Assembly: GCA_963842525.1 (NCBI GenBank)
Contig: CAWJGT010000025.1
Coordinates: forward strand, 384,001 to 448,000
Direction of reading: 5' to 3'
Length of the DNA stretch: 64,000 nucleotides
Source: an uncultured Holophagales bacterium
Lineage (GTDB): Bacteria; Acidobacteriota; Thermoanaerobaculia; Multivoradales; UBA5704
Shown: positions 51,073 to 60,883 of the stretch, in pieces
Numbering within the stretch: the first letter of the stretch is position 1
Layout: every line of letters begins with the position of its first letter
The notes under the pieces: generated by a model
Told to the model about the DNA's origin: nothing
Seen by the model: the letters and a program-made list of their open reading frames with translations, nothing else
The model's database searches: none
Position numbers and translations under genes: made by a program

Positions 51073-53537
51073 GGTGACAGCACCGGAGCCGCCAGGATCT
51101 CGGACTGTGAGCCGTCCGCCAGGGTGAACCGCGCAAAGACCGTGTCACAGTGCCCCGGCAGGGCGAAGGTCAGCTCTTCCCATTTGCCCTGTGGCCCGAG
51201 GGCACGCTCGTCTTCAAACCGGTCCTCGATCCTGAGCTGATCGCGCGCGCAGCCAAAGGCGACCGAGCGCAGCACGGGGAGGGTGTTCGCGACCGACATG
51301 TATTCGCTGCCGCTGATTTTGAATCCGCAGACCACCGCCTGGCCGGTGATTCCTTGCGGCCGGCGGTCCTCGTCGTATTCCTCCTCGTCTTCGTCGCCGT
51401 CCTCGGGATCGTAGGAGGCACACGTCAGCTTGCTGGCGGAGAAGAGCGCATCGCGCAGGGTTGCGAAGCGGTTGGCTGTGTAATCGACCGTGCCCCGATA
51501 TTCCATCTCCTCGCCGCCGGCCGCGACGAAACGCAATACGAGAAGGCCGCCCTCGGGCTCGGGAAAGCTGACACTGCCGCGGTTCCGGTAGTCCTGTTCG
51601 ACCGTGCTGAAGTTCTTGCCATCGGTCGAAACCCGCACGAACGCAGGTTTGAGGCCGTCGCCAAAGTAGGCGGTCCAGCCCATCGAGTCCTGATGCTTGA
51701 GATAGACCTCGATCTCCTCGGGCATCGAGGCGGACTTTGCCGTGCGCTTGAGCCGGTAATACTGAAGGCCGGCCTTGCGGCCCGGCAAGTGGCCCTCGAA
51801 GGGACAGGCGAAGACCTCCTCCTCACCGCTTGCGAAACGCAAACGGGCCACGTAATCCGTCGGGCCGACCGGCGGCGGCACGCGCTCGAACTCTTTCTCG
51901 AACAGAGACTCGAGGCGTGAGCCGTAGCGGCGGGTGCGCCACAGGGCGCCTTCACCGCGGCCGACGGAGACCTCGTCGAGGATCGCAAGGAATGGATGGT
52001 GGGAGTCGCCGTAGAAGCTCCCTCTGCCGGCCACCAGGCCGCTGCAGGCAAAACGTTGCTTTTCCTCCTTGTCCCAGGCTTGCCAGGCCGACGCGAGCGC
52101 AACGCGGGCTGCCGTCGGAAAATCGAGCGCGAGGCGGAACGGTCCGGCAGGCTCGCCGCCGAGCCCCGGCTGGATCTTGACCCAGACATGGTCCAGGCTG
52201 GCGAGATCCTGCGCGGTTTCGGGCTCGGGGGCGTACCACGGCTCGAACTCCTGGCCGTCGTGGGAATAGAGGACCCGGACATAGCCGGACTGCTTGTCGA
52301 GCGGCCCCTTGAGACCTGGCGGCTGGTCGCCGGTATAGTAGGTTGTGAAGGCCCATTGATCGTTTTCGAAGGCGAGGCGGACCTCGAGGTTTTTCTCGTT
52401 GAGGCTGCTCAGGGTCGGCAGACCCGCCCGTGTCAGGAAGTCGTCGACCCCACCGATCCCGCGGCGGGGGTGGAGCTGGGTGTGGTTGCGGAGGAGCTCT
52501 TCCGGATCGCGCGTGTCGTTGTAGGTGAGATCCACCTGCGCCGTCCCCTCGTTGACGAGGGCGCCCTGGTGGAGCAGGCGCACGGAGACGGACACCGGAG
52601 CCTTGTGCATGAGGCTGATGGAGTATTCCATGCCCTCGACCCGGGTCCACTCGTCTTCCGGCTTGAGCTCCAGGCGGCCCTGACATTCATCCTTCGTGGT
52701 GGCCTTGAAGGCCAGCGGCGCGCCCCCCAGGCTCCAGGAACAGGTGAAACCCGGCGGCAGCTCCGGTCTTCCGCGCGGCACGATCCTGACCGTCGCAGCC
52801 GCGCCTGGTTTGAGCGACGAGCCGCTGACGACCGGCTCGATGGGGATGCCGTTGTGGACCGCACCGCGGACCGAGAGCTCGTCCAGCACTTCATCGTCGC
52901 GGCTGATCCGCACCGAGATGCGCGCGGGAAGCGTGCTGCCGCGGTCCGGCAGCGGCGCGGCCGGCATCGCCACTTCCAGGCGGCAGGCGCCGTCCGGTGC
53001 TGGCGTCCGCAGCACGTCCGCCGGCTCGACGGTCCAGGCACAGCGAGCGCCCTCCAGGGCCTGCAGCGGGGTCGCGACGACCGCCATGACGGCGCGCGAC
53101 CCGAGGCCGAGGAGGTCGAGATCCGCGTCGAGCACGTACTTCGGTGGCGTCTTGTTGAGGAGCGTGTCCGCCAGTGTGCGCAACGCACGGTCGATCTCGG
53201 CGCGATCCTTCTCCAGGGTGTAGGCCCGGATCTTCACGCACAGCTCGCCCGGGCTCTGTCCGTTGTAGAGCTCGGGCTCGCCTTCGATCAACACGTATCC
53301 CGAGGAGGCCGCCTGGATCTTGTCCTTTTGCAGCTTCAGATCCTCGACCTGTGTCAGGCTGGTCACGAGACTTCCGAAAAGTTTCTCCACGGCATCGCGG
53401 CGGGCAGCCAGGAGCAACTCCTGTTTGGCCTCCTCGAGGCTCTTGTTTTCGAGGCTCGTACAGGCGGTCTGCGTAACGACGGTCCGGTCCGGTGCGGCCA
53501 GAGCGAGGGCTGCTGCGAGAAGCAGTTTCATCACCAT
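51069..53537 (-). CDS. Large secreted protein with FlgT_N/LPP20-like N-terminal domain
   Basis: MKLLLAAALALA signal; A..ELL.AARR.AVE..FGS.V.S.TQV; stop overlaps the TIR gene start. Confidence 0.7.
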   Translation of the reverse strand: MVMKLLLAAALALAAPDRTVVTQTACTSLENKSLEEAKQELLLAARRDAVEKLFGSLVTSLTQVEDLKLQKDKIQAASSGYVLIEGEPELYNGQSPGELCVKIRAYTLEKDRAEIDRALRTLADTLLNKTPPKYVLDADLDLLGLGSRAVMAVVATPLQALEGARCAWTVEPADVLRTPAPDGACRLEVAMPAAPLPDRGSTLPARISVRISRDDEVLDELSVRGAVHNGIPIEPVVSGSSLKPGAAATVRIVPRGRPELPPGFTCSWSLGGAPLAFKATTKDECQGRLELKPEDEWTRVEGMEYSISLMHKAPVSVSVRLLHQGALVNEGTAQVDLTYNDTRDPEELLRNHTQLHPRRGIGGVDDFLTRAGLPTLSSLNEKNLEVRLAFENDQWAFTTYYTGDQPPGLKGPLDKQSGYVRVLYSHDGQEFEPWYAPEPETAQDLASLDHVWVKIQPGLGGEPAGPFRLALDFPTAARVALASAWQAWDKEEKQRFACSGLVAGRGSFYGDSHHPFLAILDEVSVGRGEGALWRTRRYGSRLESLFEKEFERVPPPVGPTDYVARLRFASGEEEVFACPFEGHLPGRKAGLQYYRLKRTAKSASMPEEIEVYLKHQDSMGWTAYFGDGLKPAFVRVSTDGKNFSTVEQDYRNRGSVSFPEPEGGLLVLRFVAAGGEEMEYRGTVDYTANRFATLRDALFSASKLTCASYDPEDGDEDEEEYDEDRRPQGITGQAVVCGFKISGSEYMSVANTLPVLRSVAFGCARDQLRIEDRFEDERALGPQGKWEELTFALPGHCDTVFARFTLADGSQSEILAAPVLSP

Positions 53538-53553
53538 GTCGTCCTCTTCCAGA

Positions 53554-55603
53554 TCAAGGCGACGGCACCTGCGGGACCTGGTCGAAATCGACCGCACCCC
53601 GATACTCCACCTCTTCGCCGTCGGCCGCGACGAAACGCAGGATGAGAAGGTCACCCTCGGGCCTGGGGAAGCGGATGCTGCCGCGGTTGTAGCGGTTGTG
53701 TTCGATCGTGCGGAATCGGCCGCCGTGGATCGCGACCCGTACGAATGCGGGCTCGAGCGCCTTTCCAAGATCGCCGAAATAGACCGTCCAATCGAGGGTA
53801 CGCTCGCGATAGAGGTAGACCTCGATCTCTTCGGGGACCGCCGGGATTTCATTCGTTGTGCGCGCCAGGCGGTAGTAGCGGCCACCCTTGCGAATGGACG
53901 AGTCCGTCGATCCCGTGCAGGCGAAGACCTCCTGTTGGCCGTCTGCGAACGTCACGCGGGACAAGTAGTCGGTGGGGCCGACGGGCGTTGCCACGCGTTC
54001 GAAGCCGTCGTTGAACAGGTGCTCGAGGCGGGCATCGTAGCGCTGGCTGCGCCAGACGCTTCCTTCCTCGCGGCCGACGGAGACCTCGGCGATGGTCGCC
54101 AGGTATTGTGCCTCCGCCACGAAACCGCCGCAGGCAATACGCTGCCTCGCCTTCTCGTTCAAGGCGCGCCAGGCGGCCTGGAGCCCGGCGCGTGCCGCCG
54201 CCGGGAAGTCGAAGGCGAGGCGAAAAGGCCCGGCCGGCTCACCACCCCTGTCCGGCTCCAGCTTGACCCAGACGTGGTCGACCCCGGCGAGGTCCTGCAA
54301 GGTCCTGGTGCTGCGATCAGGTTTCCAGCGCTCGAAGACCTCGCCGTCCCGGGAGTAAAGGACCTTGAGAAGGTCGGAGTAGCGGTCGAGGGATTCCGCC
54401 GGTTCGAGCGGCGGGTCGCCAACATAGTGGGTCGTGAGGCCCCAGGAGTGATGCTCGAAGGTGAGGCGCAGCTCGAGCGTCTTCTCGTCGAGGCTGCTCA
54501 GCGGCGGCAGGCCTGCCTGCGCCAGTTGATCGCTGACGACCACCTGGTGAAGGCGTGCGATCAGCTCGTCGGGGTCGCGCGTGTCGCGATACGTGAGCTC
54601 CGTCTCCGCCGACCCGCCGCGGACCAGGTCGCCCTTGTGAAACAGCCGCACGGCGGCGGTGACAGGAAGCGTCGACTTGAGAGCCGCCGCATAGACCCTC
54701 CCCTCGTTCTCGCTCCACTCCGCCTCGGGCTCGAGCTTCCAGACGGCCTTGGCAACGGTCTTCGGTGAGCGGCGTGAAGAGGAGCGGCCCGGCCGGGAAA
54801 TTCCAGGAACAGGTGAAGCCCGGCGGCAGCGCATCCGGCCTGCCCGCCTGCATGATCCTCATCGTGACAGCCGCCCCGGGCGCGAGGAACGGAGTGCTCG
54901 GCAACAGCTCGATGGAGAGAGCGTTGTGCACCACACCGCGCACCGCGAGCTCGTCGAGCCGTTGTCCTGCGCGGCTGATCTGCACAGAAATCCGTGCCGG
55001 AATGGTGCTGCCCCGGCCGGGCAGCGGCTCAGCCGGCATTCTGACCTCCAGCCGGCAGGCGCCGTCCGGCGCCGGCACCTTCAGCACGTCCGCCGGCTCG
55101 ACGCTCCATACGCACTGAGCGCCCTCCAGCGCCTGCGGCGGAGTCGCGGCGACGGCCACCACGGTGCGGGCACCGAGACCGAGCCGGTCGAGATCCGCTT
55201 CGAGCACGTACTTCGGCGCCTTGTGGAGAAGCGTGTCAGCCAGCGCACGCAACGCGCGGTCGATCTCGATGCGATCCTCCTCCGTCGTATAGGCCTGGAT
55301 CTTTACGCACAGCTCGCCCAGGCCCGGCCCATTGAAGAGCTCGGGATCGCCTTCGAGCCGCACATAGCCCACGGACGCCGCCTCAATCTGGTCCTTCTTG
55401 AGCGCCAGGTCCTCTACCTGGGTGAGACTGGTCACGAGGCTTCCGAAGAGCTGTTCCACGGCTTTGCGGCGGGCGGCCGCGAGAAGCTCCCTCCTGGCGT
55501 CCTCCAGTTTCTTGCCTTCGAGGCTCGTACACGCGGTCTGCACGACGACCGTCCGGTCCGGCGCGGACAGCGCGAGAGCTGCCACCAGAAGCAACTTGAT
55601 CAT
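53554..55603 (-). CDS. Paralog of 51069-53537, frameshifted near 54760, lacking the last domain
   Basis: Collinear similarity from APDRTVV.QTACTSLE to EYRG.VD. Confidence 0.75.
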
Positions 55604-56079
55604 GCCCCTCCCGTTTCACCGTCATCACGTGGGAAGAATCCATCAGAGTGTACGACACCAGAAGCAGACAGAAGGTTGAAGCCCCGAGAGCCTGGGCACG
55701 GTGGCCGGGTTCACGGCCCTGACGGGCGGACGGCGGCGCCCTTGGGGCCCCGGGGCCCGCCGTCCCTTGCTTCAATTGTCAAAGAACGCCTCCTGCGGCG
55801 CTCACGTCGTGACGATCCTCCGGAGCCGCTGCGGAAGCCCGGCGTATGGAGGATCGTCATCACGCCTCCTTCAATATGCTGCATCCTACCACGGCTGAAA
55901 AAAAAGTCCAGAGACCTCTTGACAGTGCCATGCACTTCATGGATTCTATGCACACCAAGCAGGTGGCGGGGCTCCCCGCGCCAATCCCGGCGCCCGGAGG
56001 CCGAGAGCCGAAAAGGCTCCAGCAAAGGAGGCGGAGCATGTCGCACGGGACGCGTGGGGGTGAGCGCCAGAAACGCATG

Positions 56080-56372
56080 GCCGAGCAGCCGCGGCATGAG
56101 CTCCAGCCGCAGCCGCTCGGGGTCGTGCCGCAGCCGCGCGACCTCCAGCCGCAGCCACACGAGGTCGCGCCGCTGCTGCACGGCCGCCTGTGGCTGCCGC
56201 ACGAGCCCGCGCCGCTCCCGCTCGACCCCGCTCCGCAGCCGCACGGCCGTGTGTGGCAGCCGCAGGAGCCCGTGCCGCCCGCGCTCGACCCCGCTCCGCA
56301 GCCGCACGACCGTGTGTGGCAGCCGCACGAGCCCGTGTGGCAGCGGCACGACCCCGCGTGGCGGCGGCCGTC
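56080..56372. repeat. Degenerate 21-bp tandem repeat
   Basis: About 13 units around GCAGCCGCACGA; reads as heptads (PHEPAPL/PLDPAPQ/PHGRVWQ). Confidence 0.85.
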
Positions 56373-56500
56373 CGTCGAGAAAGGAGGTGCGCGATGTAGG
56401 TGAGAGATGTGGCAGGAGACGGACGAAGTGCCGTAGCAAGCCTGTCCCGGACGGTCCGGGGGAGGACGAACGTCAACCAAGAGATGAAAGGAGAAGCATC

Positions 56501-56884
56501 ATGTCGGAGATTTCGTCGTTTGCCGATTTCATGACGGACTGGAGCCTTCTGATCCAGGCGATCCTCAACAACGAAGAGGATCTGCCCGACCTCGCGGGGC
56601 TCGTGGGGCCGCTCGCGGCCCTCCTGGACGAGGCCGGGCGGCTGGATGCCGCCAAGGCGGCGGCGCGGGCGCAGCTCAGCCAGGGGGCCAAGCGCAGCCG
56701 GACCCTGCTGCCTGAAGGGCGTGCCGCAGCCTCGCGGCTGCGCGCCGCCCTGAAGGTCCACTACGGCGGCCACAACGAGAAGCTGGTCGAGTTCGGCATC
56801 GCGCCCCTGCGGGTGCGGCGTACGCCTCAGCCGGCTGATCCGCCACCCCCGAACCCGCCGATTTCGGTCCGCCAGACCGAGTAA
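56501..56884 (+). CDS. Small helical hypothetical protein
   Basis: AAGGAG RBS; SFADFMTDW...ASRLRAALKVHYG..NEKLVEFGI.P; followed by a terminator. Confidence 0.8.
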   Translation: MSEISSFADFMTDWSLLIQAILNNEEDLPDLAGLVGPLAALLDEAGRLDAAKAAARAQLSQGAKRSRTLLPEGRAAASRLRAALKVHYGGHNEKLVEFGIAPLRVRRTPQPADPPPPNPPISVRQTE

Positions 56885-56902
56885 GTTGGATTTCGCACCA
56901 CG

Positions 56903-56937
56903 GGGGGCGTGCGTTGCGCACGCCCCCTATGTTCTTT
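56903..56937 (+). terminator. Intrinsic terminator
   Basis: GGGGGCGTGCG-TTG-CGCACGCCCCC then TATGTTCTTT. Confidence 0.75.
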
Positions 56938-57051
56938 GACAAACGAAGTGCAACCTTCCAACCCAGGGATGGGCCTTGGCCGGAGGTCTGTCCCTCCTAC
57001 CTATCCAGGAGGCGGACCGTGAGCACCTTTCGCCTGCACGGCAGAGATTCA

Positions 57052-57081
57052 TTGACAGACGTTTCTTTCGTTTGGTAAGTT
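57052..57081 (+). promoter_or_regulatory. sigma70 promoter of the Cys-rich peptide operon
   Basis: TTGACA-18 bp-TAAGTT with extended TG. Confidence 0.55.
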
Positions 57082-57121
57082 CAACAAGCCTTCCCTAATC
57101 TCTGGAAGGCTGGGAGGAGAG

Positions 57122-57469
57122 GTGGGCAAGCGCGCATTCCTCTTAGCAGTTGTCGCTGTCTGGCTGGCCCGGGCTGCATTCGCCGCGGGAGACACCTGTT
57201 CCAGCGCGGCTGGCTGCGCCGACTGTGAGCACAGGGCCAACGGCCCCGCTTGCATCCTCGTTAGCAGTGATGCGAGCTGTGAGTGCGATCTCTTCGTTTT
57301 TGGCGGCACCATGGCCTGCGGGGTTGATGGCATCTGCGACTACACCGTTGCCGGTGGTGGTGGTGGAGGTGGTGGCGGCGGGGGCGGGGGTGGTGGAGCC
57401 TGTGCAAGGCCGCCCGGCGCATGGTGTCCCTCCGAGTGCTCCTCGTGCGAGACCATCTACTGGTATTAG
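57122..57469 (+). CDS. Secreted 12-Cys, poly-Gly-linker miniprotein 1
   Basis: GGAGG RBS, signal peptide AFA, 8 Cys + Gly linker + CARPPGAWCPSECSSCETIYWY. Confidence 0.85.
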   Translation: MGKRAFLLAVVAVWLARAAFAAGDTCSSAAGCADCEHRANGPACILVSSDASCECDLFVFGGTMACGVDGICDYTVAGGGGGGGGGGGGGGGACARPPGAWCPSECSSCETIYWY

Positions 57470-57478
57470 AGGCCCCCG

Positions 57479-57835
57479 ATGAAAACATTCCTGGCATGGA
57501 CCGGCCGTATCCTGCTAGTCCCTGTCCTCGCCTGTGCCCTCGAAGGGACGGGCAACGCCACGGGTTGTACCTCGGCAAGCGGCTGTGCGGATTGCGAGAA
57601 CGCCGCTAACGGCATCGCGTCCTGCATCACTGTGCAGAGAGATGCCCATTGCGAATGCTCGATCAGGGTCACCACACCTACGATGTGTATCCTCGAAGAT
57701 ATCTGCGATTACACAGCCACTGGCGGCGGAGCAGGTGGTGGTGGCGGCGGGGGTGGTGGAGGCACCTGTTCCAGGCCTCCTGGCGCGTGGTGTCCTTCTG
57801 AGTGCTCGTCGTGCGAGACGATTTACTGGTACTGA
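57479..57835 (+). CDS. Secreted 12-Cys, poly-Gly-linker miniprotein 2
   Basis: Near-identical Cys spacing; CSRPPGAWCPSECSSCETIYWY with synonymous DNA differences. Confidence 0.85.
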   Translation: MKTFLAWTGRILLVPVLACALEGTGNATGCTSASGCADCENAANGIASCITVQRDAHCECSIRVTTPTMCILEDICDYTATGGGAGGGGGGGGGGTCSRPPGAWCPSECSSCETIYWY

Positions 57836-57854
57836 GCTCGGAGCGGGAAGGAAG

Positions 57855-60182
57855 ATGAAAACCCGGTGCTCGCGATGTGGAAGGGCCGTTCTGATCGGGG
57901 GCATTGTGTTGGCGATGGCTATGGGCGTGCGCTCCGCAGTGGCGGAGGGGCCGGCTGTTGCAGTGCAGGTTCATGTGACGGTACGAGGGGCAGGGGACCC
58001 GGCCGAGGGGCAGAAGGACATCCCGGTGCGGGCCGTGGCTGTCTGGTATGGCAAAGGAAAGGTCGAGCCGCGATCTATCGAGCTTGCCACCACGCGGCCG
58101 GCGACGCTGGCGCTTTCACCGGGGCGCTGGGTTCTGATGGCGGAGGCCGCAGGCTACTGGGGCAGCGAGCACCCCGTTGCGGTCACCCAGACAGCGACCG
58201 AGGTCACTCTGGATCTCTGGCCGGCCGGTCAAGTAGAAGGCGGATACACCGTCCCAGACGGTGAAGCTGCCCCCACCAATCTTTTTGCCTTCTTGAGACC
58301 GGCTCCCGAGGTTGCTGCCTCACAGGCGCCGGCGCCTTCCAAGGTCGTCTGCCCGGTCGAGCGGGAGACATGGCGGTGTACCTTGCCGGCGGGCCTCCTC
58401 GATATCCGGTTCCAGGCGGATGGATTCATCCCGCGCTACCAGTGGGGTATCCGTGTACCGAGAGGTGGCGCGTTACGACTGGGCCGGCTCGACCTGCGGC
58501 GCGGCTCTGCCGTTCTGGGATGGGTGGTGACCGCAGACGGAACCGGGGTAGGTGACAAGGGCCGGGTCGAGCTGCAACCCAAGATGGGCGGTCCCGTCCG
58601 CAGCCAAGAGGACGTGAGCCGTTTGAAGGCCCTTTCGTTCGAGGCGCCCATCCATCCGCGCGGATTTTTTCAGCTCGACGGCGTACCGCCGGGAGCCTAC
58701 GTCCTGGCCGCGAAGCATGATCGCTTCGCCACGGCCGCCACGACGGTAAGAGTCGTCCCGGGTGAGGTCACGGAGATCGCCAATCCGCCGCTCGTGTTGG
58801 ATCTGCCGCAGACCCTCGAGGTCTACTTGAGCCCGCCTCTCGACCCCTGGGGAAAGCCCTGGGCGGTGCGGCTGCTGCGCCTGGACCGAGGCTCCGCGGT
58901 GATGACGAACGTGCTTCTGGAGCCTGCCGAGAGCGGCGGCATCTGGAAAAAAGCAGGGCTTGCACCGGCGTCATATCTCCTGAAGATCGGGCCTCACAAC
59001 GGGGACACCTGGCAAGTGGAAGAGGTGGAGGTCAATGCCAGCCTTGCACCCCTGCACCTTGATATCAACGTTCTCCAGGTCGTCGGCACCCTCCGCCTCG
59101 GGAAGGATCCTCTCGCGGCCAAGCTCACTTTCGGAGGACGCTGGGGAGCGGTCCGCATCCAGGCGCGCTCGGACGACGAGGGAAAATTCCAGGTCTTCCT
59201 GCCGCAGGCAGGGGACTGGAGCGTGCACATTTCCTCCACGGAACCGCCTGTCAACCGCGAGATTCCCAAGCTCGCAATTCAGCCGAAACCGGACACGAAC
59301 GTCGCAGAGCTCGCCATCGATCTGCCGAACACGAAGCTGCGCGGGCGTGTCGTGGATGAAGCCGGGACAGCGGTAGCCGGTGCGCTCGTGAGCGTCCAGA
59401 GCGCGGGCTCCGTCGAAGAGCCAAGGGTGCAGGAGCGCGCGGACGGCGAAGGACAATTCGAAATTCTCGGCCTGCCGTCCGGACCCGTGCAGGTCGGGGC
59501 TGACGCGGCCGGGGATCGTTCGTCCGACCTGATCATCGCGACGATCACGGATGATCAGGAGCTGCCGCCGGTCACCCTGACCCTAAGGCCGCGACTGCGA
59601 ATTTCTGGCACCGTCGCATGGCCGGGCGGAGTGGTCGCAGGAGCGAGAGTGAAAGCAGTACCCGTGGGAATCCCCTACTTCAGCGTACCTTCCACAACGA
59701 GCGATGCCCAGGGCCGTTTCGAAGTGACTGTGCCGCCGGCGACCCGTGAAATGCTCCTGGCAGTCGGCGCGCCGGGTTTCGCGTTCCGAATGCTGCGGAT
59801 TCCCGTCCCTGAGGATCGCCAATTCGTTGTTGGTGTCGAGCAGGCTGGTGGCACTCTCATCGTGAAGACTGAAGGGCCGCACAACCTCCCGGCCCCAGAC
59901 ATTCCTGACATCTTCGTGCTCCAGGGAAGCGCTTTCGAGGGGCTTTTCTATCTGAGGATGTGGGCTGTATCGTCCGGTGCCAACCAGGAGGACCCGACCC
60001 GCTCCGTCATTCCGTTCGTGGAGCCCGGGGAGTACCGGGCCTGTTGGGTATCGCCTGCCGAACAGGCGAGCCTCGCGATCGGGATCATTCCGGAAGGCCG
60101 GTGTGCGAAGGGCTTCCTGCCGCCCAACGGAGAGCTGACTCTCAAGCTGCCCACGCTCCAGACAGCAGGCTCGGCTCGCTAG
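57855..60182 (+). CDS. Secreted protein with tandem carboxypeptidase-regulatory-like (Cna-B/prealbumin-like) domains
   Basis: Signal peptide; repeated L.G.V.D..G..V.GA.V and D..G.F....LP.G motifs. Confidence 0.8.
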   Translation: MKTRCSRCGRAVLIGGIVLAMAMGVRSAVAEGPAVAVQVHVTVRGAGDPAEGQKDIPVRAVAVWYGKGKVEPRSIELATTRPATLALSPGRWVLMAEAAGYWGSEHPVAVTQTATEVTLDLWPAGQVEGGYTVPDGEAAPTNLFAFLRPAPEVAASQAPAPSKVVCPVERETWRCTLPAGLLDIRFQADGFIPRYQWGIRVPRGGALRLGRLDLRRGSAVLGWVVTADGTGVGDKGRVELQPKMGGPVRSQEDVSRLKALSFEAPIHPRGFFQLDGVPPGAYVLAAKHDRFATAATTVRVVPGEVTEIANPPLVLDLPQTLEVYLSPPLDPWGKPWAVRLLRLDRGSAVMTNVLLEPAESGGIWKKAGLAPASYLLKIGPHNGDTWQVEEVEVNASLAPLHLDINVLQVVGTLRLGKDPLAAKLTFGGRWGAVRIQARSDDEGKFQVFLPQAGDWSVHISSTEPPVNREIPKLAIQPKPDTNVAELAIDLPNTKLRGRVVDEAGTAVAGALVSVQSAGSVEEPRVQERADGEGQFEILGLPSGPVQVGADAAGDRSSDLIIATITDDQELPPVTLTLRPRLRISGTVAWPGGVVAGARVKAVPVGIPYFSVPSTTSDAQGRFEVTVPPATREMLLAVGAPGFAFRMLRIPVPEDRQFVVGVEQAGGTLIVKTEGPHNLPAPDIPDIFVLQGSAFEGLFYLRMWAVSSGANQEDPTRSVIPFVEPGEYRACWVSPAEQASLAIGIIPEGRCAKGFLPPNGELTLKLPTLQTAGSAR

Positions 60183-60376
60183 AGAGGAGCTCCCTGGCCC
60201 GCGCTGTAGGGCCACGAGTTGCTCGATCAACTCTGGCGCCGTCCCTCCCATCTGTCCATGAGGCTGCGGCCATTGCATCTCACTCTCGCCAGCACGGCAC
60301 ACTGTTTTAGTCCGGAGGCAGGGCGCCATTGGCCGATGGAGGCTGCCGTGCGGCCTTGCCGGAAAGGAACCCCGTC

Positions 60377-60809
60377 ATGGCCCGAAGCACCCTCTGCCGC
60401 TGTGTCGTCCTGGCCGTCCTGGTTACCGTTCTCCTGGCGCCCGCGACGGCTTCGGCCGCCTCCTGGCTCGTCTCGCCTGATCCCATCGCCGAAAGCCAGG
60501 GTCTGCTCGCGGGAAGCCATGGAGGCCTTCCTCGCCGACCACGTGGGGATCGACGCCGCCCTGGTCGCGCTCGACCTCGGGGTCATTCACACGCAGAGAA
60601 ACGAGACCGGCGCGCTCAAGCAGCTTGCCGCGGAGCTGATCCCCGTCTTCGAATGGGGCGAGCTCCACGAGGGCGCCCTCGCCGCGCTTCTCCTCTTTCG
60701 CCAGGCTGCCGAGGCCGAAGCGGTTACTCCAGCACTCCTCCAACAGGTCGCGGCCGGCCTCCGTCCGGCACAGGACAATCTGGACCTCCGTTTCGGGACC
60801 GGGGGCTGA
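60377..60809 (+). pseudogene. Peptide-type signal sequence fused out of frame to an HTH-TPR regulator C-terminus
   Basis: MARSTLCRCVVLAVLVTVLLAP resembles the 20657 peptide start; LHEGALAALLLF.QAA...LRF resembles the regulator tail. Confidence 0.6.
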
Positions 60810-60883
60810 AGGTTCCCTTTGCTTCTCGGGCTTCCCAGCCAGCCTGATGTTGGTCTGAAACTTCATATCGATCACCTCCTCTG

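Noticed and set aside
51069-55603. Diversity-generating retroelement (template/variable repeat)
   Set aside because: Similarity spans whole genes, is not adenine-specific, and no reverse transcriptase is present
54749-56884. 711-aa plus-strand ORF
   Set aside because: Antisense shadow plus repeat tract; only 56501-56884 has an RBS and protein-like sequence
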